Below are positions 25,440 to 37,622 of a stretch of 64,000 bases of DNA, piece by piece. This DNA comes from Octopus vulgaris. Its lineage: Eukaryota. Under the pieces are notes generated by a model. It saw only the letters and a list, made by a program, of their open reading frames with translations. It was not told where the DNA came from and searched no databases. Both the position numbers and the translations under genes were made by a program. Numbering within the stretch: the first letter of the stretch is position 1; each line of letters opens with the position of its first letter. Location: NCBI GenBank assembly GCA_951406725.2, contig OX597817.1:109926001-109990000 (forward strand), in the 5' to 3' direction.

Positions 25440-26558
25440 ACATACTCAAATGCATACTGACACAATGCATGCACAAATCTGTTTGCATTTTTGGATGTGT
25501 GTGTATGTAAGTGCGTGTGTGTGTGTGAGTGTGTGTGTAAATGTGTATTTTATTTATCAAAATCAATGAAGATTAGTCATAGGACTCCCTAAAGGGAATT
25601 TTCCCCTTAAATGTTCATTCTATGGAACAGAGAAAAGAAATAAAAGGCTTTGTGGAAATTAGATCAAAACCTATTGATAGCATTTTTTATTAAATGTCAA
25701 ATCTGCCATGAAACTAGCAGAGCAATTGCTGTGTTTCTCACACAGATTGATATGTTTCTTTTTTTTATTTTGTTTTTCTTGTTATTTCCGTTATTTATTT
25801 ACAATCATATAAGGATCTACGGTGAGGTGGGGTGAAATTTCTGTAATTAAGCATCACATTTTTTTGACATTATAATTTACAAATTGGGTCTTTTTTTTTT
25901 GTTTTGTTTTCTAGTATTTTGTTTTATATTTCTTTGTTTGTTGTTTTGTTTTGGTTTGGAGTATTTTTGTTTGTTTTTTTATTTTGTTGCTGTTTTGCTT
26001 TTGAGAAACTGTTCTAAATATATCGCATCTAATATTGATTTCTAACAGAGGTAAAAGGTCACATATTACGATGGGGTGAGGAATGGGTGAGGGAACAGTT
26101 AATTATATTGACTGATACTTATTTGATCAACCTTTCCAACTTCAGCCTGGAAAAATAAAAGACAAATGAAAATACTAACTTTGACAGGATCTGAACTCAG
26201 ACTGTTGGTAGTTGATTCTTTCACATTAGCACATGATCACCAATTTCTAAAGGATTCTTTTCTTGACCTCAGAAAAATGCAAAAGTAAAATTGATCCTGA
26301 CAAGATTTGAACTGAGAACAAAGATATGAAACTAAATATTGTAAGGTAGTCAGTTCAATGATCTCCTATTATTGCCACACCATGACCACCACTCTAGTAT
26401 TGTTTTATTATTTATGCATTGGATAAGAATGTGTGGGGAGAGTTAGTCATCATCATCACTATTTAACATATGTCTCGTGCTGGCATGAGTTGATCAGTTC
26501 AACAAGATTCTTTGGCTTTGCTTCTACAGCTAGATGCCTTCTGAATGCCAACTGCTTA

Positions 26559-26924
26559 ACAATGTGTACTGGGTGCTTTTTACATAGCACCAGCACTAGT
26601 GAGGTCACCATGTAACTTGTAAGACAAGACCCCCTCAATACTGCTCTGTGTGTTCACCATCCCACTTCCACTGCACACACACACACAGAGCAGTATTGAG
26701 GAAGGTGGCTTTATGCCTGATGATAAGAGGTTAAAGTATTATGGAGAGAATATTGGTAAAGGGACAATGTGTACTGGGTGGTTTTTTACATGGCACCAGC
26801 ACTAGTGAGGTCACCATGTAACTTGTAAGACAAGACCCCTCAAATACAGAGCAGTATTGAGGAAGGTGGCTTTATGCCTGATGATGAGAAGTTAAAGTAT
26901 TATGGAGAGAATGTTGGTAAAGGA
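26559..26924. repeat. Local tandem duplication (205 bp plus ~161 bp) in a decayed RTE 3'-UTR-like region
   Basis: ACAATGTGTACTGGGTG...TTGGTAAAGG repeated at 26559 and 26764; copy 1 has an extra hairpin insert. Confidence 0.9.
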
Positions 26925-28580
26925 ACACCACTTTAGTGAAAATGTTCATAGAAAGGTCCTGTGAGTGAGCTTTTGAGTAACATGTATAAGGAAAATATCA
27001 GAAGGTATTTTTATACAAACATTTTAATTCATTAAAAGATAACAAGAGCTGATAAATAATATGAACATAGCTGGTGTATGTGCATGAGTCAGAGAAAGCT
27101 TACGTTTGAAAAATGGATTCAATTGGAGGTCATTATAAGCTAAGAGAAACTGAGCTAGTGTAAATGAAAATGTGCTGCTCATTATATGGCAAAGTTGTGG
27201 GCTGATGGCATTTAGAAGTTTGCAGAGCAAAGTTGGTATAAATGAGCTAGGCTGTTCATGATATGATCAGAGTTAAGGGATTATATTATTCAGAGCTAGC
27301 AGCATGAAGTAGGTGTGAAAATAAAGAGGCCATTCCCATACTGGAGAAGTGATGTTGCTCATCTGCTGTCTTCCCACTAACTGGTTAAAATGCCCATTTC
27401 TCTTCTTGAGCTGAGAACTGCTTTTGGTAATAATACAAACCCAGCCCTGATTGGCTGGTGTTGCCATAGCACAGCTGTGCTACAATACGATAACAAAAAA
27501 GCTTTCCTGACATGCTATAGTATGATAGAAGGACAGTAGAGGAGACAGATGGCTATTTCAGTTGAAAAAAGGAGGAAATGGTAGTGAAGATATATTAGAG
27601 CATGCCCTTAAGTTGCAGGAAGGTGAATATTGTTGATTACAATTGAATCCAGTATATTATTTAATTTACCAATCATCTAAGGAGAGCAATAAGACAATGG
27701 TGAGTCTTTGTGTTTATGTTTGTCTCTAGTGTATGTTTACATACCCGTAACATAGCAGTTCAGCGAAAATTAAAAAGGTTTAAAAAAATTTGTATCAGGG
27801 TTGGTTTATTTGACTAAACCCTCCAAGGTAATACCCCCAGCATGACTGCAGTCCAATGACAGAAACAAATAAAAGATATTTGTATAGATTTAATCCTTAA
27901 GTGATTATGATCAAGAAATGTGTTATTCAGTTTGCAATAACATTTTTATTTATCTAGATTCATTTCGTTTTTCTGTCAGTCAAGAGAAAATCCAGAAATA
28001 ACCTGACTCCATAGGCAGACCTGTGGATTACAATCAACAAGAAGGTTTGCACATGTTTAATACGGTCTTAAATGAAAAGCAGGAACAAAGAACTAATTGA
28101 ATTTAAGTTCATGGTTATGGCTGAATTCAGTGTTTACAGTTTTCTGCATATTTGCTCAATTCACAATTCCATTATATGCACTGAGTGAAAGGCCCATTCA
28201 CTGAGTTCAATTTATTCATTCACAATACCTGGTGTGACTCAATTAAAAACAAAATAATAATTTAGTGATTAGAAAATTGATTATTTTTCGTCATTAAATG
28301 TGATGTTATTTGTGAAGTACACATGAATACTAATAAAATATTTCATAGGTATACAGGCCATAGAAAAGAAGGTTGAAAATAGCTACTGATAGAACCACTG
28401 TTGGATAGAAAAGCCTTGAGCATTTGTTGTGGGTGTCTACTCTCTGAGATCAAATCCTCACAAAGTTGACTTTATCTTTTATCTCCTAATGTAATGTACA
28501 GCTTTCAAAACCTAAACCTGAAGAAATAGATTTGATCGCTATTTAAAATAACGATCTTATCTTTATCTATATAGATATTT

Positions 28581-28613
<33 letters not shown>

Positions 28614-28614
28614 G

Positions 28615-28656
<42 letters not shown>

Positions 28657-28658
<2 letters not shown>

Positions 28659-28827
28659 CGCAGGAGTGGCTGTGTGGTAAGTAGCTTGCTAACCAACCAC
28701 ATGATTGCGGATTCAGTCCCACTGCGTGGCATCTTGGGCAAGTGTCTTCTGCTATAGCCCCGGGCCGACCAATGCCTTGTGAGTGGATTTGGTAGACGGA
28801 AATTGAAAGAAGCCTGTCGTATATATG

Positions 28828-28862
<35 letters not shown>

Positions 28863-29056
28863 TTGTGTGTCTGTGTTTGTCCCCCTAGCATTGCTTGACA
28901 ACCAATGCTGGTGTGTTTACGTCCCCGTCACTTAGCGGTTAGAATAAGTATAGAATAAGTACTGGACTTACAAAGAATAAGTCCCGGGGTCGATTTGATC
29001 GACTAAAGGCAGTGCTCCAGCATGGCCGCAGTCAAATGACTGAAACAAGTAAAGAG
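28657..29056 (+). mobile_element. Family-B SINE, near full length
   Basis: Head GGCGCAGGAGTGGCTGTGTGGTAAG, CORE-like ATCTTGGGCAAGTGTCTT, tail GACTGAAACAAGTAAAGAG. Confidence 0.92.
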
Positions 29057-29397
29057 TATATCTGTATATGGAGGAGCAACTGAGTAAACCTAACAATAAC
29101 AAGCCTATAATGACTGTGGGAAACAGCTGTAACTCAAATTTTCTACAATAAAGAAAAATATGTATATAATAGAAATATTAAAATAACTAAGTCTCTCTAA
29201 AAGAGAACAGCGGCAGCGTTCCCGGAAAATAATAGTTATCGCCATACTAATATGGCATTCTTATAAAAATAAGAAAAAAGCTGTCCGCTTATTAGCTCCA
29301 TGAGGCCATCGCCTTAAGTTAGCTATTTGATACACAAACTGTATCCATATAACCTTCGAACAAGGGAGGTCAGTCGCTCCACACTACTTGACCGGCA

Positions 29398-29439
29398 GCT
29401 ACAGACGCGTTTCAGGGTATCGCCCCTTTTCAATGCAGC
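29398..29439 (-). ncRNA. Minimal type-I hammerhead ribozyme, U3-A8 variant, copy 1
   Basis: GCTGCA-TTGAAAA-GGGG cgata CCCT-GAAAC GC GTC-TGTAGC: 6-bp stem I, 4-bp stem II, palindromic ACGCGT stem III, GUC site. Confidence 0.8.
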
Positions 29440-29759
29440 GTAGCCAGCCAGTAGGTGTCGCTTCCGACAATCTCTGTTCGATGGTTTTATTTACCTAGTT
29501 TCGGTGGAATACATCCACTTGTTTTCAATAATAGAAATATTAAAATAACTAAGTCTCTCTAAAAGAGAACAGCGGCAGCGTTCCCGGAAAATAATAGTTA
29601 TCGCCATACTAATATGGCATTCTTATAAAAATAAGAAAAAAGCTGTCCGCTTATTAGCTCCATGAGGCCATCGCCTTAAGTTAGCTATTTGATACACAAA
29701 CTGTATCCATATAACCTTCGAACAAGGGAGGTCAGTCGCTCCACACTACTTGACCGGCA

Positions 29760-29801
29760 GCTACAGACGCGTTTCAGGGTATCGCCCCTTTTCAATGCAG
29801 C
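29760..29801 (-). ncRNA. Minimal type-I hammerhead ribozyme, U3-A8 variant, copy 2
   Basis: Identical to copy 1, offset by 362 bp. Confidence 0.8.
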
Positions 29802-29944
29802 GTAGCCAGCCAGTAGGTGTCGCTTCCGACAATCTCTGTTTTAATATTTCTATTATTGAAAACAAGTGGATGTATTCCACCGAAACTAGGTAAATAAAAC
29901 CATCGAACAGAGATTGTCGGAAGCGACACCTACTGGCTGGCTAC

Positions 29945-29986
29945 GCTGCATTGAAAAGGGGCAATACCCAGAAACGCGTCTGTAGC
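29945..29986 (+). ncRNA. Minimal type-I hammerhead, copy 3 (inverted, two substitutions in stem-loop II)
   Basis: GCTGCA-TTGAAAA-GGGG caata CCCA-GAAAC GC GTC-TGTAGC. Confidence 0.7.
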
Positions 29987-30244
29987 TGCCGGTCAAGTAG
30001 TGTGGAGCGACTGACCTCCCTTGTTCGAAGGTTATATGGATACAGTTTGTGTATCAAATAGCTAACTTAAGGCGATGGCCTCATGGAGCTAATAAGCGGA
30101 CAGCTTTTTTCTTATTTTTATAAGAATGCCATATTAGTATGGCGATAACTATTATTTTATGTATGTAATGATTATCATTTATGCCTTGTCTTATGTATGT
30201 ATATATGTGTGTGTATGTATGTATGTATATGTATTATTCTTTTA

Positions 30245-30707
30245 CTAGCTGGCCCCTTACCGTCAAAAATGATAGCTATTTGTAATATTTCATATATAAA
30301 TATGGATGGTAAATCAAATTAATACACTGTCAATGTTATCTAGCGGTTGTCTTTTGCGGTGTGACATTGATCATCATTTATCACTGAAAGAACACAGGTT
30401 CACACATACATCCATATACTTCCCTTGTACACACATACACACATACATATACCCACACGTATTGAAACACTGTTTGATTTTTCTTTTCAATGTTGAATGT
30501 TCACTATCCCACTTCCACTGCACACACACACACACACAAACATTCACATACCTCCATTTTACATACACACACATATACTCACACAAAGTTGAAACACTCC
30601 CACTACCAGTCTGCCATCACCCCTTCCTTCCTTATTCATCTATCACCCCTTCCTTTCTCATTCATATGTTGTGATGGAGAAAAACACAAGAGTATTATTA
30701 TAGCAGA
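30245..30707 (-). mobile_element. Non-autonomous Helitron inserted in the tail of a family-B SINE
   Basis: Minus strand A|TCTGCTATAATAAT 5' end and CTAG|T 3' end with an imperfect subterminal hairpin; the SINE tail continues on both sides. Confidence 0.7.
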
Positions 30708-30708
30708 T

Positions 30709-30933
30709 TCGTTTACTCGTTTCAGTCATTTGACTGCGACTATGCTGGAGCATCGCTTTTAATGAAACAAATCAACCCCATGGCTTATTCTGTGTAAGCC
30801 TAGTATTTATTTTATTAGTCTCTTTTGCCAAACCACTAAATTACAGGGACGTAAACACACCAACATTGGTTGTCAAGCAATGGTGGGGAGACAAACACAG
30901 ATACACAAATACATACATAAATACATACATACA

Positions 30934-30969
<36 letters not shown>

Positions 30970-31140
30970 TATATTTATATATTCAACAAGCTTCTTTCAG
31001 TTTCCGCCAACCAAATCTACTCACAAAACTTTGGATGGCCCAAGGCTATGGTAGAAGACAATTGCCCAAGGTGTCACGTAGTGGGACTGAACCCGGAATC
31101 ACGTGGTTGAGAAGCAAACTTCTTACCACACAGCCACTCT
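30709..31140 (-). mobile_element. Family-B SINE
   Basis: Reverse complement of the family-B body with internal (TACA)n. Confidence 0.88.
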
Positions 31141-34100
31141 TCATCATCATCATCATCATCGTTTAACGTCCATTCTCCATGCTAGCATGGGTTGGATGGT
31201 TCGACCAGGGATCTGGGAAGCCAGAAGGCTGCACCAGGCTCCAGTCTGATCTGGCAGTGTTTCTACAGCTGGCTGCCCTTCCTAACGCCAACCACTCCAT
31301 GAGTGTAGTGGGTGCTTTTTACGTGCCACCTGCACAGGTGCCAGGCGAGGCTGGCAATGGCCATGATCGGATTGGTGCATTTTACGTGCCACCAGCACGG
31401 AGGCCAGTCAAGGCGGCACTGGCATCGGCCACGATTCAGATAGTGCTTTTTACATGTCACTGGCATGATCACAACTGCAGTTTCCATTGATTTTGATGTT
31501 GGTGTACTTGACTCAAGCACAGGGTCAAAATGGTGTTTCTTCACTTGCCACCTGCACAGGAGTCAGTCCAGCGGTCCTGGCAACTGCCGGGTGCTATTCA
31601 TAGGATTGGTTCAATTTTGATTCCTATTTCACTTGCCTCAACAGGTCTTCGCAAGCAGAGTTTAGTGTCCAATGAAGGGAGGTTGGCATGGGTGCCTGTC
31701 GTCGGATGAGGTTCGATTTCGACTTCGCTTGCCTCAACAGGTCTTTGTGTGTCCAAGGGAGGAAAGATATGCATAAGTGGGCTGGACTCACTTGTCCTGC
31801 CGGGTCTTCTCACACACAGCATATTTCCAAAGGTCTCGGTCACTAGTCATTGCCTCGGTGAGGCCTAAAGTTCAAAGGTCATGCTTCACCACCTCGTCCC
31901 AGGTTTTCCTGGGTCTACCTCTTCCACGGTTCCCTCAACTGCTAGGGATTGGCACTTTTTCACACACCTATCTTCATCCATTCTTGCCACATGACCATAC
32001 CACCGCAATCATCTCTCTTGTACACCACAGCTGATGCTTCTTAGGTCCAACATTTCTCTCAAGGTACTAACATTCTGTCAAGTATGCACACTGACATTAC
32101 ACATCCATCGGAGCATACTGGCTTCATTCCTCACGAGCTTACGCATGTCCTCAGCAGTCATGGCCCATGTTTCACTGCCATGTAGCATGGCTGTTCGCAC
32201 ACATGCATCATACAGTCTGCCTTTTACTCTGAGCGAGAGGCCTTTAGTCACCAGCAGAGGTACGAGCTCCCTGAACTTTGCCCAGGCTATTCTTACTCTA
32301 GCAGTTACACTTTCAGCACACCCACCCCCACTACTGACTTGGTCACCTAGATAACGGAAGCTATCAACTTCTTCTAGTTTTTTCCCCTGGAAAGTGACGG
32401 AAGTTGTTTTCTGCAGATTTTCAGTGTTTATTGCTCCTGAGCATCTGCCACATACAAAAACTATCTTCCCAGTTAGCCTTCCTTTGACATTGCTGCACCT
32501 CTTATGTGTCCATAGCTTACACTGGGTACATCTTATAGAGTTTCTACCTACACCTTTTCTACAGATCGAGCAGGGCCATCTACCTGAGGGCATTTGTGGT
32601 TTGTCTACCTTCCTACTTATTAGGACTTTGGTTTTAGCTAGGTTGATTCTAAGGCCCCTCGATTCTAATCCCTCCTTCCACACCTGAAACTTCTCCTCCA
32701 GTTCTGATAGTGACTCAGCAATTAGAGCAAGGTTATCAGCATAGAGGAGCTCCCAGGGGCATCCTGTCTTGAATTCCTCCGTAATTGCCAGGAGGACTAT
32801 GATAAATAGGAGGGGGCTGAGGACTGAACCCTGGTGGACCCCAACCTCTACCTTGAATTCTTCAGTGTACAGGTTGCCAACCCTAACCTTACTTACAGCA
32901 TCCCTGTACATAGCTTGCACAGCTCTCACCAGCCATTCATCTATCCCTAGTTTCCTCATTGGCCACCAGGTAAGGAATCGGGGGACCCTGTCGAAGGCTT
33001 TCTCCATGTCAACAAAAGCCAGGTACAGGGGCTTATCTTTGGCTAGGTATTTCTCCTGCAGCTGTCTCACCAGAAATATGGCATCAGTGGTGCTTTTCCC
33101 TGGCACGAAACCAAACTGCATCTCATCCAAGTTGACTCTCTCCCTAATCAGTTGGGCTATGACCCTCTCCGTAACCTTCATTACCTGATCCAACAGCTTG
33201 ATACCTCTGTAATTATTTGTATCTAGGGCATCACCTTTACCTTTGTAGTAGTTGACTATTATGCTGCTACACCAGTCATTGGGTATGACTCCTTCGTGCA
33301 TCACCTGGTTAACTATACAGGTGACTAGGCTATAGCTGACACTGCCAGATATTTTGAGCATCTCTGCAGTAATTCCTGATGGGCCTGGAGCTTTCCCTGT
33401 CTTCATGCTTCTAACTGCCTTAACTACCAAAGAACTGTCAACTTGGATAGCTGGTCCCTCTGTTGGGTCGACATTCGGCAGACTCTCTTTATCCCATTCA
33501 TTTTCTTTATTCAGCAACCTTTCATAGTGGTGTCTCCAAACCTCTCTCTTTGCATCCTCATTTAGTGCAAGTGAACCATCATCCATGCGAACACATTTCT
33601 CTCCTACCACATCACGATTCTCTCTCACACACTGTCTTGCAACACGAAATACCTCAAGTCTTTGGTCCTCACAGCGCAGAACATTGGCAAATTTTTTCTT
33701 ATCTGCTTACCCTCTGGCTAAATAGACCTGTCTCCTAGCTTCCCTTCAGGCAGTCTGATACAGTTCCCTGCTACCTCCGTTCTTCCAGTCCTTCTAAGCC
33801 TGTTTCTTTTGTCAAATAGCCCTGTCAACCACATTGTTCCACCGCCACGCTACCTTGGGTCGAGTGGGGACTTTGCACCAGCCACAGATCTGGTCAGTGG
33901 CTCTCAGCAGGTTGTCCCATAGAAACCTCCAGTTGTCTTCCACATTACGTGATGCTATATCCCCTTCTATTTCATCAAAGGCTTCAAATAATACGTTTCT
34001 AAATCTCTGCCCATTTGCAGGATCTTTAAGTTTCCAGACCCTTCTCCTCCAGACTGGTCTTCTTCTGGGCATCTGTTCAGCCCCAATCCTGAAGTCGTTA

Positions 34101-34410
34101 ACTACTAATCTATGTTGAGGGATACATTCTTCGCCTGGGAAGGTTTTGGCATTTATAAGCAGCCCTCTTTCCCGTTTTCTGGTGAGGATATAGTTAATTT
34201 GGCTGGTGTGTCTGCCAGAACGATAGGTGACTAGGTGATGGGCGAGTTTCCTGAAGTTAGTATTGCAAACCATAACATCAACTCCAGCAGTCTGGTTCCC
34301 TCCTTATTGCGGGAACCAAAACCATAGCCTCCATGTATGCCATGGAAGCCCCCTGCACATTGTCCAACATGTCCATTGAAATCACCAGCCACAAAAAGAA
34401 GGTCTCTTGT
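31141..34410 (-). mobile_element. 5'-truncated RTE-clade non-LTR retrotransposon with (GAT)n tail
   Basis: APE endonuclease remnants (VAGDFNGHVG, SQINYIL, PQHRLVV), RT domain, C-terminus ending ~31788, ~630-bp 3' UTR, (CAT)n at 31141-31160. Confidence 0.95.
32078..33628 (-). pseudogene. RTE reverse transcriptase ORF fragment (516 aa open stretch), YADD mutated to YADN, with a PHD-type finger
   Basis: KAPGPSG, NYRGIKLL, QFGFVPGKSTTDAIF, FVDMEKAFDRV, GVHQGSVLSPLLF, LLYADN, FRYLG; stops and frameshifts upstream and downstream. Confidence 0.95.
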
Positions 34411-35067
34411 GCCTATATATATATATAACGTCATCATCATCATTTAACATCTGTGTTGTGTTTAATTATACAAGAACAGAATAAAAACAAGAAATTCAGT
34501 TAAACCCTTTATTACAACATTATAAATTACATAATCTTTACACATGTTTCACTAGTGTATACTAGTGTCGTGCAGTAATTGTTACATAGATAACTGCATA
34601 ATCACATTACAATACCAGATCCTCAGAGGAAGATATTAATTTAATTCATTGTTAATTATGTAACTCAATTGGTAGACAATATTCGTGAAAATAAGACTTG
34701 AATAAAAGCCTTGTAGTATGTTAAGCAAAGTTTATTCACAATTATCAGTAACCAGATGTCTTCATACAGTGGAAATGCTCTTGCTACAGAATATACATCA
34801 GGAATTCTATAGTGTTTGTAAAGATAGATGATAGAAAATGGATGAACAACATTCTTAATTTAAAATCACTACAATGGTTTCAACATATTTTTACACCTGT
34901 AGTACATTGGTGAGATGTTGTGCAATCATTATCATCCATCTGAGGTATAAAGTATGTCTCAGATGATTGTTTAAATAAGTCAGTCATTAGATCCACTCAT
35001 CATTTCATTCATTGTGGGAATGCATACTAAATGCAGTGTGTCATTTTCAGCAGTTTACAGATATATA

Positions 35068-35515
35068 TGTTTTAACAGCAGGCATATTGAAGAGAATATG
35101 TTCTCTTATGCCTATAAGCGCAGCCTACCCATGAACTAACAAAACACATACCTTATGTATATGTGTGTTTGTGTGTTTGATATTGTTTATATCCCTCAAG
35201 CTGCTTTTAACTCATAGCTGAATTTTTTCTGTGGTATGAAACAGTGAGACACCAGTAGATGGTTCTTACACCATTTTGTATTAGTCATAGACAGCGATTT
35301 AGTTTTCATAGGGCCTCATTTCAGATATGTGGTATTGACAAGTAACAAAAATGACGAAACATGAATGTTTATCACTCCTGATGGGAGTTATCTCACTTGT
35401 CTATGACTTCCAAGTGTTTTAACACCAGGCACATTGAAGAGAGTACATTCTCTTATGCCCATAAGTGCAGCCTACCCACAAACTAGCGAAACACATATCT
35501 TGTGTATGCGTGTTC
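35068..35515 (+). repeat. Two diverged ~95-bp direct repeats 347 bp apart, each a decayed hammerhead-like motif
   Basis: CAGGCA(T/C)ATTGAAGAGA...AAACACATA at 35082-35164 and 35429-35511. Confidence 0.7.
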
Positions 35516-35609
35516 AATATTATTTGTACAGATGTATGTATGTATGTATGTATGTATGCATGCATGTATGTGTGTGTGTGTATGTGTGTGTGTGTGTGAA
35601 TGTGTGTAT

Positions 35610-35925
35610 GCACATGGTTCAATGGTTAGAACATCAGGCTCATGTTCATGAGGTAGGGAGTCCTGGACCGGACTATATGTTGTGTTCTTGAGCAAGACAC
35701 TTTATTTCATGTTGCTCCAGTTCACTCAACTGTAGAAATGAGTTGCAACATCACTGGTGCCAAGCTGAATCAGTCTTTGCCTTTCCCTGGACAACATCGG
35801 TGGCATAGGGAAAGAAAACTGGTATACATGGGCAACTGCTGGTCTTCCACAAACAACCTTGCCAAGACTTATATCTCAGGTGCAATACCATAGTCATTCA
35901 TGATCAAAGGGAGTCTTTACTCTTA
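35610..35925 (+). mobile_element. Family-C SINE
   Basis: TGTGTTCTTGAGCAAGACACTTTATTTCATGTTGCTCCAG; homologous to 2040-2422 and 20050-20205. Confidence 0.8.
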
Positions 35926-36275
35926 CCTCTGTGTGTAACAAAATAGTTACTGTATCTCACTGAAACCAAGCATTGTGCATAGACATACACTGCTTGAAAC
36001 AAACACTGAATACAACAGACTGGATGCATTCCAACTACCCACCTTGTATTCTTCCAATATATTGTCACCACTAGAGACTATAGATGTATAAACAAGCCAG
36101 TGAGAGAAACTTTACATATCTGATTAATCTATGAGATATAATAGCCAAAATTCCTTCAAACCACACCCATTGGCTGAGAGGAGAACACATTAAATGAAGT
36201 GGTTCTAGGCTGCGAGCACATGCGAAAATGATGGAATAATCGTAGCAGTAATATATTTGATTATAAGTCTGCAAC

Positions 36276-37052
36276 TTGACTTCACTTGAGACAGCATTCA
36301 CCCGGGGTGGGTTGAGCTGGCTTCATTCATTCTCAATGCTGCATCTCTCACAAACGCTGACCAGGCCTAGTGATTTGAGGCTAACAACCGCGTGATCTCC
36401 AACCACTCCTTATTCCAGCAGCGAACGCTGTAGATATGGGGGCCTAGATTGGGTTCCAGATCAGCCTTGACTGTCATCAGCCAGATTTTTCATTGTCCAC
36501 CACATCGCTTTCGCCAACCCAGAAGGGGAGCTGGGGCAATTGCTTCATAGATGAATTCTCCTGGTTGACGACGGAGGGCATGACCCAGCCAACGCAGACG
36601 TCTTGTTAGGATGACTTGTCAGAGGGAGGTGATTCTGCACTGGTGTTGCACCGAATTGTTGGAGACAAAGTGATGCCATCGGACATGAAGGATGCGGTGT
36701 AGACAGAGGTGATTGAAGGACTCTAGTCGCTTAATATCTTTCACTCCTTCGGCCATGACTCGCTGCTGTAGAGGAGAATCATTCGAACTAGTGCTTGGTA
36801 GATCCGTACTTTGGTGGTGTGTCGGATCTCAAATCTTGACCAGAGTCGTGCAATGAGTCGGTTGAAGGCTTGGCAAGCAAGGTCAACTCGTGTTTTAATG
36901 TCAGCCTCACCTTCACCTGTAGCTGTAATGATGGTGCCAAGGTATTTGAAACTCTCAGCCTCTTCAAGAATATCACCATTGAGGACAATGGGTGTTTTGT
37001 CTGGTGGGGCAAAGTCTGCAAGATCAGAGATGACCCGGGACTCAACAACAAG
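36276..37052 (-). mobile_element. 3' fragment of a second RTE-clade LINE family
   Basis: Minus-strand ILEEAESFKYLGTII...TKVRIYQALVRMILLYSSESW...RRLRWLGHALRR...GWRKRCGGQ; short (CAAGT)n-like tail. Confidence 0.85.
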
Positions 37053-37225
37053 ATATAGTAGATAAGTTTGATTAATACGGATAATTTTTCATGACTAAAA
37101 TAATCATTGTTATCACACAGTAACAGCAAATTGAAACAGCTAAAACACAGGAGAATTGTAATGTCAAATGCTATTATGAATGAGACAAAAGAGAATTACA
37201 GATAATACATAAAATACCATGCTAT

Positions 37226-37591
37226 TGTGTGTGTGTGTGTGTTGAAAGGATATAGAATAAATAGAAGAAAAAAAGAAGAAAAAAGGCGAGAGAATATTGA
37301 GTGTGTGTGTGCTTATGTGTGTGTGCTTGTGTGTGTGCTTGTGTGTGTATGTGTGTGTGTGTGTGTGTGTGTTTGTGTGTGTCTGGGTGTATGTAAATGT
37401 GAGTGTGTGTGTGGATCAAGAAGTATAAGTGTATGTGATAGTGTGTATGTATGTCTAGGTGTATGTGTGTGTGTGTGCACATCTGTGCGTGTATATGTGT
37501 GGGTGGGTGTTTGTGTGTGTGCATCCCTAGACGTGTGCATGGGTGTTTGTATGTGTATGTGCATGTGTGTAACAGTGAGTCTGTGAATGAG

Positions 37592-37622
<31 letters not shown>

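Larger units (their letters stand above)
29166..30158 (-). mobile_element. Penelope-like/retrozyme-like non-coding element: 362-bp tandem (1.86 copies) plus 320-bp inverted copy
   Basis: 29166-29527 is repeated at 29528-29840. 29839-30158 is the reverse complement of ~29226-29545. Each copy holds a hammerhead. Confidence 0.85.

Noticed and set aside
27980-28045. Possible exon flanked by CAG/GT
   Set aside because: Stops in all three frames and a weak donor.
32078-33628. Active or domesticated reverse transcriptase gene
   Set aside because: YADN in place of YADD, stops and frameshifts on both sides, 5' truncation.
34534-34634. Hammerhead on the minus strand (CTGAGGA...GAAACATGTG)
   Set aside because: The cleavage triplet would be GUG, and stems I and II pair poorly; at most a decayed Penelope-like end.
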